From Phyllobates terribilis (lineage: Eukaryota), in assembly GCF_046119375.1 (NCBI RefSeq), contig NW_027362768.1, positions 196,850,001 through 196,914,000 on the forward strand: DNA of 64,000 bases. Reading direction: 5' to 3'. The notes beneath the pieces are model-generated. The model was given only the letters and a program-made list of their open reading frames with translations, searched no databases and had not been told where the DNA came from. Of the stretch, positions 38,401 through 51,823 are shown in pieces. The position numbers and the translations under genes are program-made. Position 1 is the stretch's first letter; each line of letters starts with the position of its first letter.

Positions 38401-41400
38401 TATCATGTATCTCTGTATACAGGGAGCTACCCCTAGTGGTGGCTGCAGACAGAACCTTATCATGTATCTCTGTATACAGGGAGCTACCCCTAGTGGTGGC
38501 TGCAGACAGGATCTTATCATGTATCTCTGTATACAGGGAGCTCCCCCTAGTGGTGGCTGCAGACAGGATCTTATCATGTATCTCTGTATACAGGGAGCTA
38601 CCCCTAGTGGTGGCTGCAGACAGTATCATATCATGTATCTCTGTATACAGGGAGCTCCCCCTAGTGGTGGCTGCAGACAGGATCTTATCATGTATCTCTG
38701 TATACAGGGAGCTCCCCCTAGTGGTGGCTGCAGACAGACCCTTATCATGTATCTCTGTATACAGGGAGCTCCCCCTAGTGGTGGCTGCAGACAGAATCTT
38801 ATCATGTATCTCTGTAAACAGGGAGCTCCCCCTAGTGGTGACTGCAGACAGAATCTTATCATGTATCTCTGTATACAGGGAGCTCCCCCTAGTGGTGACT
38901 GCAGACAGAATCTTATCATGTATCTCTGTATACAGGGAGCTCCCCCTAGTGGTGGCTGCAGACAGAATCTTATCATGTATCTCTGTATACAGGGAGCTCC
39001 CCCTAGTGGTGGCTGCAGACAGGATCTTATGTATCTCTGTATACAGAGAGCTCCCCCTATTGGTGACTGCAGACAGAATCTTATCATGTATCTCTGTATA
39101 CAGGGAGCTCCCCTAGTGGTGCCTGCAGACAGGATCTTATCATGTATCTCTGTATACAGGGAGCTCCCCCTAGTGGTGGCTGCAGACAGGATCTTATCAT
39201 GTATTTCTGTATACAGGGAGCTCCCCCTAGTGGTGACTGCAGACAGAATCTTATCATGTATCTCTGTATACAGAGAGCTCCTCCTAGTGGTAGCTGCAGA
39301 CAGGATCTTATCATGTATCTCTGTATACAGGGAGCTCCCCCTAGTGGTGGCTGCAGACAGAACCGTATCATGTATCTCTGTATACAGGGAGCTCCCCCTA
39401 GTGGTGGCTGCAGACAGGATCTTATCATGTATCTCTGTATACAGGGAGCTCCCCCTAGTGGTGGCTGCAGAGAGGATCTTATCATGTATCTCTGTACACA
39501 GGGAGCTCCCCCTAGTGGTGGCTGCAGACAGGATCTTATCATGTATCTCTGTACACAGGGAGCTCCCCCTAGTGGTGACTGCAGACAGAATCTTATCATG
39601 TATCTCTGTATACAGGGAGCTCCCCCTAGTGGTAGCTGCAGACAGAACCTTATCATGTATCTCTGTATACAGGGAGCTCCCCCTAGTGGTGGCTGCAGAC
39701 AGGATCTTATCATGTATCTCTGTACACAGGGAGCTCCCCCTAGTGGTAGCTGCAGACAGGATGTTATCATGTATCTCTGTATACAGGGAGCTCCCCCTAG
39801 TGGTGGCTGCAGACAGAATCTTATCATGTATCTCTGTATACAGGGAGCTCCCCCTAGTGGTGGCTGCAGACAGAATCTTATCATGTATCTCTGTATACAG
39901 GGAGCTCCCCCTAGTGGTGACTGCAGACAGATCTTATCATGTATCTCTGTATACAGGGAACTCCCCCTAGTGGTGGCTGCAGACAGGATCTTATCATGTA
40001 TCTCTGTATACAGGGAGCTCCCCCTAATGGTGGCTGCAGACAGAATCTTATCATGTATCTCTGTATACAGGGAGCTCCCCCTAATGGTGGCTGCAGACAG
40101 AATCTTATCATGTATCTCTGTATACAGGGAGCTCCCCCTAGTGGTGACTGCAGACAGATCTTATCATGTATCTCTGTATACAGGGAACTCCCCCTAGTGG
40201 TGGCTGCAGACAGGATCTTATCATGTATCTCTGTATACAGGGAGCTTCCCCTAGTGGTGACTGCAGACAGAATCTTATCATGTATCTCTGTATACAGGGA
40301 ACTCCCCCTAGTGGTGGCTGCAGACAGGATCTTATCATGTATCTCTGTATACAGGGAGCTCCTCCTAGTGGTGACTGCAGACAGATCTTATCATGTATCT
40401 CTGTATACAGGGAGCTCCCCCTAGTGGTGGCTGCAGACAGAATCTTATCATGTATCTGTGTATACAGGGAGCTCCCCCTAGTGGAGGCTGCAGACAGGAT
40501 CTTATCATGTATCTCTCTATACAGAGAGCTCCCCCTAATGGTGGCTGCAGACAGGATCTTATCATGTATCTCTGTATACAGGGAGCTCCCCCTAGTGGTG
40601 ACTGCAGACAGAATCTTATCATGTATCTCTGTATACAGGGAACTCCCCCTAGTGGTGGCTGCAGACAGAATCTTATCATGTATCTCTGTATACAGGGAGC
40701 TCCCCCTAGTGGTGGCTACAGACAGAATCTTATCATGTATCTCTGTATACAGGGAGCTCCCCCTAGTGGTGGCTACAGACAGAATCTTATCATGTATCTC
40801 TGTATACAGGGAGCTACCCCTAGTGGTGGCTGCAGACAGAACCTTATCATGTATCTCTGTATACAGGGAGCTACCCCTAGTGGTGGCTGCAGACAGGATC
40901 TTATCATGTAATCTCTGTATACCGGGAGCTCCCCCTAGTGGAGGCTGCAGACAGGTTCTTATCATGTATCTCTGTATACAGGGAGCTCCCCCTAGTGGTG
41001 GCTGCAGACAGGATCTTATCATGTATCTCTGTATACAGGGAGCTACCCCTAGTGGTGGCTGCAGACAGTATCATATCATGTATCTCTGTATACAGGGAGC
41101 TCCCCCTAGTGGTGGCTGCAGACAGGATCTTATCATGTATCTCTGTATACAGGGAGCTCCCCCTAGTGGTGGCTGCAGACAAACCCTTATCATGTATCTC
41201 TGTATACAGGGAGCTCCCCCTAGTGGTGGCTGCAGACAGAATCTTATCATGTATCTCTGTATACAGGGAGCTCCCCCTAGTGCTGGCTGCAGACAGAATC
41301 TTATCATGTATCTCTGTATACAAGGAGCTCCCCCTAGTGGTGGCTGCAGACAGGATCTTATCATGTATCTCTGTATACAGGGAGCTTCCCCTAGTGGTGG

Positions 41401-44400
41401 CTGCAGACAGACCCTTATCATGTATCTCTGTATACAGGGAGCTCCCCCTAGTGGTGGCTGCAGACAGAATCTTATCATGTATCTCTGTATACAGGGAGCT
41501 CCCCCTAGTGCTGGCTGCAGACAGAACCTTATCATGTATCTCTGTATACAGGAAGCTCCCCCTAGTGGTGGCTGCAGACAGGATCTTATCATGTATCTCT
41601 GTATACAGCGAGCTCCCCCTAGTGGTGGCTGCAGACAGGATCTTATCATGTATCTCTGTATACAGGGAGCTCCCCCTAGTGCTGGCTGCAGACAGAACCT
41701 TATCATGTATCTCTGTATACAGGAAGCTCCCCCTAGTGGTGGCTGCAGACAGGATCTTATCATGTATCTCTGTATATAGGAAGCTCCCCCTAGTGGTGGC
41801 TGCAGACAGGATCTTATCATGTATCTCTGTATACAGGGAGCTCCCCCTAGTGGTGACTGCAGACAGGATCTTATCATGTATCTCTGTATACAGGGAGCTC
41901 CCCCTAGTGGTGGCTACAGACAGAATCTTATCATGTATCTCTGTATACAGGGAGCTACCCCTAGTGGTGGCTGCAGACAGAACCTTATCATGTATCTCTG
42001 TATACAGGGAGCTACCCCTAGTGGTGGCTGCAGACAGGATCTTATCATGTATCTCTGTATACCGGGAGCTCCCCCTAGTGGAGGCTGCAGACAGGATCTT
42101 ATCATGTATCTCTGTATACAGGGAGCTCCCCCTAGTGGTGGCTGCAGACAAGATCTTATCATGTATCTCTGTATACAGGGAGCTACCCCTAGTGGTGGCT
42201 GCAGACAGGATCTTATCATGTATCTCTGTATACCGGGAGCTCACCCTAGTGGAGGCTGCAGACAGGATCTTATCATGTATCTCTGTATACAGGGAGCTCC
42301 CCCTAGTGGTGGCTGCAGACATGATCTTATCATGTATCTCTGTATACAGGGAGCTCCCCCTAGTGGTGGCTGCAGACATGATCTTATCATGTATCTCTGT
42401 ATACAGGGAGCTCCCCCTAGTGGTGGCTGCAGACAGGATCTTATCATGTATCTCTGTATACAGGGAGCTCCCCCTAGTGGTGGCTGCAGACATGATCTTA
42501 TGTATCTCTGTATACAGGGAGCTCCCCCTAGTGGTGGCTGCAGACATGATCTTATCATGTATCTCTGTATACAGGGAGCTCCCCCTAGTGGTGGCTGCAG
42601 ACAGAACCTTATCATGTATCTCTGTATACAGGGAGCTCCCCCTAGTGGTGGCTGCAGACAGGATCTTATCATGTATCTCTGTATACAGGGAGCTCCCCCT
42701 AGTGGTGACTGCAGACAGGATCTTATCATGTATCTCTGTATACAGGGAGCCCCCCCTAGTGGTGGCTGCAGACAGAATCTTATCATGTATCTCTGTATAC
42801 AGGGAGCTCCCCCTAGTGGTGGCTACAGACAGAATCTTATCATGTATCTCTGTATATAGGGAGCTCCCCCTAGTGGTGGCTACAGACAGAATCTTATCAT
42901 GTATCTCTGTATACAGGGAGCTCCCCCTAGTGGTGGCTACAGACAGAATCTTATCATGTATCTCTGTATACAGAGAGCTCCCCCTAGTGGTGGCTACAGA
43001 CAGAATCTTATCATGCATCTCTGTATACAGGGAGCTCCCCCTAGTGGTGGCTGCAGACAGGATATTATCATGTATCTCTGTATACAGGGAGCTCCCCCTA
43101 GTGGTGGCTGCAGACAGAATCTAATCATGTATATCTGTATACAGGGAGCTCCACCTAGTGGTGGCTGCAGACAGAATCTTATCATGTATCTCTGTATACA
43201 GGGAGCTCCCCCTAGTGGTGGCTGCAGACAGGATCTTATGTATCTCTGTATACAGGGAGCTCCCCCTAATGGTGACTGCAGACAGAATCTTATCATGTAT
43301 CTCTGTATACAGGGAGCTCCCCCTAGTGGTGCCTGCAGACAGGATCTTATCATGTATCTCTGTATACAGGGAGCTCCCCCTAGTGGTGGCTGCAGACAGG
43401 ATCTTATCATGTATCTCTGTATACAGGGAGCTCCCCCTAGTGGTGGTTGCAGACAGAATCTTATCATGTATCTCTGTATACAGGGAGCTCCCCCTAGTGG
43501 TGACTGCAGACAGAATCTTATCATGTATCTCTGTATACAGAGAGCTCCTCCTAGTGGTAGCTGCAGACAGGATCTTATCATGTATCTCTGTATACAGGGA
43601 GCTCCCCCTAGTGGTGGCTGCAGACAGAACCGTATCATGTATCTCTGTATAGAGGGAGCGCCCCCTAGTGGTGGCTGCAGACAGGATCTTATCATGTATC
43701 TCTGTATACAGGGAGCTCCCCCTAGTGGTGGCTGCAGACAGGATCTTATCATGTATCTCTGTACACAGGGAGCTCCCCCTAGTGGTGACTGCAGACAGAA
43801 TCTTATCATGTATCTCTGTATACAGGGAGCTCCCCCTAGTGGTAGCTGCAGACAGAACCTTATCATGTATCTCTGTATACAGGGAGCTCCCCCTAGTGGT
43901 GGCTGCAGACAGGATCTTATCATGTATCTCTGTACACAGGGAGCTCCCCCTAGTGGTAGCTGCAGACAGGATGTTATCATGTATCTCTGTATACAGGGAG
44001 CTCCCCCTATTGGTAGCTGCAGACAGGATGTTATCATGTATCCCTGTATACAGGGAGCTCCCCCTAGTGGTGACTGCAGACAGAATCTTATCATGTATCT
44101 CTGTACACAGGGAGCTCCTCCTAGTGGTGGCTGCAGACAGGATCTTATCATGTATCTGTGTATACAGGGAGCTCCCCCTAGTGGTGGCTGCAGACAGAAT
44201 CTTATCATGTATCTCTGTATACAGAGAGCTCCCCCTACTGGTGGCTGCAGACAGGATCTTATCATGTATCTCTGTATACAGGGAGCTCCCCCTAGTGGTG
44301 GCTGCAGACAGAATCTTATCATGTATCTCTGTATACAGGGAGCTCCCCCTAGTGGTGGCTGCAGACAGAATCTTATCATGTATCTCTGTATACAGGGAGC

Positions 44401-47400
44401 TCCCCCTAGTGCTGGCTGCAGACAGGATCTTATCATGTATCTCTGTATACAGGGAGCTCCCCCTAGTGGTGGCTGCAGACATGATCTTATCATGTATCTC
44501 TGTATACAGGGAGCTCCCCCTAGTGGTGGCTGCAGACAGGATCTTATCATGTATCTCTGTATACAGGGAGCTCCTCCTAGTGGTGGCTGCAGACAGGATC
44601 TTATCATGTATTTCTGTATACAGGGAGCTCCCCCTAGTGGTGGCTGCAGACAGGATCTTATCATGTATCTCTGTATACAGGGAGCTCTTATCATGTATCT
44701 CTGTATACAGGGAGCTCCTCCTAGTGGTGGCTGCAGACAGGATCTTATCATGTATCTCTGTATACAGGGAGCTCCCCCTAGTGGTGGCTGCAGACAGAAT
44801 CTTATTATGTATCTCTGTATACAGGGAGATCCTCCTAGTGGTGGCTGCAGACAGGATCTTATCATGTATATCTGTATACAGGGAGCTCCCCCTAGTGGTG
44901 ACTGCAGACAGAATCTTATCATGTATCTCTGTATACAGGGAACTCCCCCTAGTGGTGGCTGCAGACAGGATCTTATCATGTATCTCTGTATACAGGGAGC
45001 TCCCCCTAATGGTGGCTGCAGACAGAATCTTATCATGTATCTCTGTATACAGGGAGCTCCCCCTAATGGTGGCTGCAGACAGAATCTTATCATGTATATC
45101 TGTATACAGGGAGCTCCCCCTAGTGGCAATTGTTCTTCATTTTGATATTTTTGTATTGTATTAAAATTAAAAAATAAAGCCTTTGATAAAGTATCTACAA
45201 CTACCTTTTTAAAGCGTTTCCAGGGGGCTTCTTCGATGTAGATCTTTGCTTTTGTCACGTGGCTGAAGGATGTGAGGAAATGATTACAAATCTCCAGAGA
45301 GAAATCCTCGATGGTGTTTATCTGTGCAATAAAATTAGATATAAAGTCATTGTTGAGGATGACGGCCGGGAGACGATATAATCTGTCCGTCAAGAGTGAC
45401 AGAAATGTAATAAAATGGGACCCGAGTGTTAATGATCCTCGTGTGGTGAGAGTTACAGGTGCGGAATGTACTGGCTGCCACCAGAGAGCACTAGCTTACA
45501 CATTCAATAAACACAAATATGAATAATTCTCACCCCTTTGGTCTTGGCCAGGGCGTAGACGGTATTTTTGATGGTATCGGTGGGGATGATGTCGCTGTTG
45601 TCCCCCTCCAGGTAATCTTTCTTGGAGCTCAGGGTGAGCTGCACCGAGGCCTCGATCTCCCGGACGGAGTGCTTCTCGCCATCTCTCCTGATCTGCAGAA
45701 CTTTCACAGCGTTCTTCCCATAACCCGTCCGGACAAACTCCACGTCCTGGAAAAACAGAAATCACGGAAAATAAAAAGCAAAGTTTTCTGTCAGTGATGA
45801 GAAGCTGAAGCTGCACCTTGTGGGGTCGCCCCGCCAGATGTACGGACGTCGCAGAGCAGAGACCCCCTTATAAGCGGGAGGCGGCCGGATCTCATTTACA
45901 TTTCTTCACTTTCTCGCTTTTCTCCCTTATAATTTGCAGTTTTTATACGGAGGGTCTCGTAATACGCAGGGACGTCTGTATGGGGTATTTGGCTACGTCA
46001 GAGCTGTAAGTCGCTGTGCACATCCACAGAACTGTCTTCTTTTTATTCCCACGTCTCCCTGAGGCTTTATCTTCTTTCCTCTTAAATCCTCCAGACAGTT
46101 CCTGAGATCTGGGCCTTTTTATTTGGTGCTAATTTATATGGACTTAACCAAGAGGGTGTGGCACAGTGATAATTCTAAAAAGCTACCTTAAGACACACCC
46201 ACTTGGTAAAGACTAGAAAAAGGTAGCACTAAATAAAAAGCCCGATGTCTCAGGAACCGTACGAGGGGGTTCAAGAAAAGAACGAAAAACTCAGGGAAGC
46301 AGCGGGAATAAAATAAGAGCAAACGCTGGCACTTCTGATTTGGTGATGGCTCCTCTGTACGTGCAGTGTGAACGGAGCCTGAGAAGACGACATTGGTGAA
46401 GTCTGTGATCAGAGACCCGGGATATTCAGGAGAGGACATCATAGAGGCCACAGCAGCCAATCAGCAGCTCGTGTGATGTGATGCCGCCATCACGTGACCC
46501 AGTGTAATCCACACCAGGCCGCGGTGCAGGATCCGCTCTGCAGGAACGCTGCACCGAGAATATGGAAACTATTGTCCTGGTATCTCATGTAGGATCAGAC
46601 TGAAGTCATTGGGTTCATAATTCACTGTGGTGTAAAACAGCGGGAAAGACGAGCTGCAGACAGCGAGGATGTGTGCGCTGCCGCCCCTGAGGAGCAGCCA
46701 CCCCCTGAGCAGCCGCCCCCCTGAGGAGCAGCCGCCTCCCTGAGCAGCCGCCCCCCTGAGGAGCAGCCGCCTACCTGAGGAGCAGCCACCCCCCCTGAGA
46801 AGCTGCCGCCTGCCTGAGGAGCAGCCACCTCCCTGAGGAGCAACCGCCCCCCTGAGGAGCAACCGGCCCCCTGAGGAGCAGCCACCCTCTTGAGGAGCAA
46901 CCGTCTCCCTGAGGAGCATCTGCCCCCCCGAGGAGCAACCTCCCTCTTGAGGAGCAACCTCCCTCTTAAGGAGCAACCGCCCCACCTGACGAGCAGCCAC
47001 CACTTGAGGAGCAGCCACCGCCTGAGGACCAGCCGCTCCCCTGAGGAGCAGCCGTTCCCCTGAAGAGCAGCCGTTCCCCTGAGGAGCAGCCACCCTCTTG
47101 AGGAGAAACCGTCCCCCTGAGGAGCAACCGCCCCGCTGAGGAGCAGCCACCCTCTTGAGGAGCAACCGCCCCCTGAGGAGCAGCCGCCATTTTAAGGAGC
47201 AACCGCCCCCCTGAGGAGCAGCAACCGCCCCCCCTGAGTAGCCACCACCCCCCTAAGGAGCAGCCGCCTTGTCTCCATGTCATACAGTCTCAGTGCAGGA
47301 ACTTCACCAATCAGGAGGATACTACGCAGGTCTCCTGCGAGGTCCCGGAGCGCAGTGGTACCCGGAACGCTGCCCATGGGAGCCGTTGCCCTGACCGTAC

Positions 47401-47425
47401 GCAGCTGGTAGAAATATGAACCCAT
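32366..47425 (-). CDS. uox: Urate oxidase (uricase), ~302 aa, complement join(47396..47425 [candidate exon 1],45534..45746,45205..45321,35190..35268,34890..35076,34275..34398,32625..32708,32366..32440)
   Basis: Exons 2-8 splice in frame with GT-AG ends. They retain the uricase motifs [36 protein letters not shown] and PNKHY, and end in the peroxisomal PTS1 signal SKL*. Exon 1 is inferred. Confidence 0.95.
32625..32708 (-). CDS. uox: uox exon 7 ([28 protein letters not shown])
   Basis: ttgcag acceptor, gtaatg donor, 28 codons. Confidence 0.96.
33235..34015 (+). repeat. 71-bp minisatellite (core ~33430-33970, ~7 copies) in uox intron 6
   Basis: Unit gtcctatagtcactgctctataattctgcagcaccgtcctacagtccccgtcctatattcctgtagtcacc; period 71 (33481 to 33552). 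Confidence 0.92.
34275..34398 (-). CDS. uox: uox exon 6 ([41 protein letters not shown])
   Basis: ctccag acceptor, gtacag donor, 124 nt. Confidence 0.96.
34890..35076 (-). CDS. uox: uox exon 5 ([24 protein letters not shown]...DAIW)
   Basis: ccgcag acceptor, gtaagt donor, 187 nt; phases fit. Confidence 0.96.
35190..35268 (-). CDS. uox: uox exon 4 ([26 protein letters not shown])
   Basis: cag acceptor, gtagga donor, 79 nt. Confidence 0.94.
35378..45126 (+). repeat. 57-bp satellite, ~170 copies, filling almost all of uox intron 3
   Basis: Unit atcatgtatctctgtatacagggagctccccctagtggtggctgcagacag(g/a)atctt; 19-aa periodicity in the ORF track. Confidence 0.99.
45205..45321 (-). CDS. uox: uox exon 3 ([15 protein letters not shown]...PWKRFKK)
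   Basis: cag acceptor, gtagtt donor, 39 codons. Confidence 0.94.
45534..45746 (-). CDS. uox: uox exon 2 ([11 protein letters not shown]...ALAKTKG)
   Basis: tttttccag acceptor, gtgaga donor, 71 codons. Confidence 0.96.
46078..46257. mobile_element. Palindromic MITE-like remnant; a related copy lies at ~60690-60790
   Basis: Left arm gttcctgagatctgggcctttttatttggtgcta pairs imperfectly with right arm tagcactaaataaaaagcccgatgtctcaggaac. Confidence 0.6.
46680..47270 (+). repeat. ~18-21-bp degenerate GC-rich minisatellite (CCCCCTGAGGAGCAGCCG)
   Basis: Repeated ctgaggagcagcc / ttgaggagcaacc cores. Confidence 0.88.
47396..47425 (-). CDS. uox: Candidate uox exon 1 ([10 protein letters not shown])
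   Basis: 10 codons, the length recalled for vertebrate uox exon 1. Good Kozak context (ataATGG) and a phase-0 donor ACG|gtcagg. Only weak similarity to known N-termini. Confidence 0.45.
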
Positions 47426-47842
47426 TATACTCCCAGTGAACGCTCCAATGATTTTTTCCCCCTAATAAAAGACAGGGCCTTAACATCAGACTGGTGGAGG
47501 CCTGACTCCCAAGACCCCCCGATAACCTGGAAGGACCCTGGCACTCCAGGAAGTATGGAGCCCCTTCACTGTTTGCCAAACACAGCTCCGTACTTTTAAT
47601 GGAGGCTGAAGATCCAAAATGTATGGAGGTGCGCCGGGTAAAGTCACTGGAGCGCTGCGGTCTTGTCAGTCCCTGATCAAAAGTTGGTTCTCCATCAATC
47701 TGAAACTGACGACCTTAGAAAAAAAAACCTACATCTGTGTGTAATCAGTATATGTGTATATGTGTCTGTATATATATGTAACCTGTGTTTTATAGCGCTG
47801 CTAGTATTGTGTGCAGAATTGTGGTATGTGTGTGTGTATATT

Positions 47843-49010
<1,168 letters not shown>

Positions 49011-49594
49011 TGATATAATGTAGGACGCACGATCCCAGAAAAATCACAGTATTTTCTGTACTTTTACCAAGATTTAATAAAATATAACTTTTATTAACTA
49101 GTTGTTTTTTTTTCAAAAAAACACTCAAAAAACCAAATAAAACACCCAGGTGAAAATGCTAAAATGACAAACTTGTTGCTCTCCCTATATAATTCTACCA
49201 CTCACACCTGCCTAACAGCGGAGACTGGCACCCTACAAAAACCTGCGCCAGTGGCGCCCCCGCTCCTCGGCGGCTGTCCCTTCTGGCCCTTACCTCACCC
49301 TGAGGGGTAGGGGAACCCACCTAGCTATTATTGTCAGGAGAAGCAGCCAAAGTCACACACAGCATTCGTTTATATAAATGATATCACGTTTGCTGTACAC
49401 AAACAAGTAATACAAGAGAAACTGATCGTTCTCGTGCATAATCTCAACAGAAAAGCTGAGAGAAATTTAGTCATCTCGATTCCAAAAACCAACCAAGGGT
49501 TTTGTATAATCAGCTCATTCCCAATCATAGAATAAAGTTATATAAGAAGATTCAATGAAGGGCTGTATCATGTACACATATAGATATTATACAA

Positions 49595-50262
<668 letters not shown>

Positions 50263-51722
50263 CCATGACTGTGAATATATATGTTTTATATAGCGGTACT
50301 AATATTGTGTGCAGTATTGTTGTGTGTTATGATCTTCCAAACTGAAAAATTGGGGATAAATTGAAGGTGTATCACTGAATTTTTGCCCCCGGATGAAGAC
50401 CTGCCTTCCTCTCAGGGTGGGATTTATTAGATGGGTTCCCATTTTTCTGAGATAGCGGTGCCCATTATGATCTGCGCTCACTCATGTGATATCGGGGGCA
50501 CAATACGCATTTTTCTTCATATATCGGGTCGGTCATACCTTGAACGATCCTCCGTACTTCTGTGCCATCCTTCGATCAGTGCCCGGAGCCGTGAGATGCC
50601 AGCTGTTTGTGGATGAGTCCGGAGGGGCCGGGGGCAGCTATTGTACGCGGACTCCGGGCCAATCCGCTTCTGTTTGTTTGGTTGAAGAATAACCTCAACT
50701 TGGGGGGGGGGGGGGGGGTCACAGATCTCTGATCGGGGTCAGTTATTTTTTAACTAGAAGCTTCTCTCTTCTCAGGGACGGCATTTTGTAGGTAAAAAAA
50801 AAAATATCTACAAATGTTCCGGCCGTTCCGTAAAGATTGCGGAGGCGGCTTGTCAATTAATGGATAAAAAGTTTGGCGTGAAAAAAAAAAGAGATTATGA
50901 GGCTGGAATATCGTATCCTGGACCTCGCATCTAAAGATCCGTCTGCCCTTCAGGACGGGAAATTTGCTGCTTTAGTTTTTCCTCACGAGTTTTTTGCGGG
51001 ATAAATAGTTTCTAATCACACATTTCATTTTATCATTTATTGTACTGGAAAAAATTCCAAGTGGGGTGAAATGGTGAAAGAACACGACTCCCCCGTTTTC
51101 TTTTCGGGCCGTTCATTGTTGATTACGATTCCCCCGGTCAGCGCCATTACACCGATACCAGATGTTGGGGTGAATACGACATTGTTGCTTTGTACTGCAC
51201 TTTTTGAGGAGGGTCATTGGCGTTTTGATTATTTTTCTCTTTAATTAACTTTAAATTTCAGACCTTTTTAATTGTTTTTTTGGATTGGGGAAAGGCGCAA
51301 TGTAAACGTTTGTATTTTTTATATTTAAAAACATTTTTTTAACCAATTTGTATTTGTTTTAGTCGTCCCAGGGAACGTGACACTGGGCCAGAGTCAATCA
51401 TTTGTGCGATCTGCTGCAATGACGCCGTGCTGTCCCCTCCTCTGCAGCAGAGGCTTGTATTGTGGGGTCCACAGCGATCATACATTTATCATCTATCCTA
51501 TGGCAAGGAAATGTCTTTTGCATGCCTGGCCCTTTAAGAAGTATGTGGACAGTCAAGACACGTGGGTCGCCCAGTAACACAACCCTGCTGGAATATTTCC
51601 ACTTTCCCGGCTGCTGCAGAACGGCAGAGAACGAGATCACATGACTGCACTTCCTGCTCGAGCTGAACGAGAGGACGGGACTTCTCCTTTACAGCCATTC
51701 TTGTACCATTCAGGGGGGGATC

Positions 51723-51823
51723 ATGTCCGTTCGCGGCTTCTTCTCTACGCTCTGTATGATCGGCGTCTCGCTGGCCACATGTGAGATCGCGTGTCGCAAT
51801 GAAGATGGAGATACCGTAGACTG
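51723..51823 (+). CDS. dnase2b: dnase2b exon 1
   Basis: atcATGT start, CRNEDG..VDW motif, TG|gtaggt donor. Confidence 0.9.

Noticed and set aside
35378-45126. CRISPR array or standalone repeat-protein genes
   Set aside because: Units are head-to-tail with no unique spacers, there are no cas genes, the context is eukaryotic and intronic, and the ORFs switch frame at indels.
45816-45895. Alternative uox exon 1 just upstream of exon 2 (TATA-like TTATAAG, AAG|gtgcag donor)
   Set aside because: The only upstream ATG gives phase 1 at this donor, incompatible with phase-0 exon 2.
49470-49530. Peptide NQGFCIISSFP resembling the DNase II exon 4 motif QGFWLIHS
   Set aside because: It lies upstream of dnase2b exon 1, the match is short and weak, and no supporting splice sites were found.
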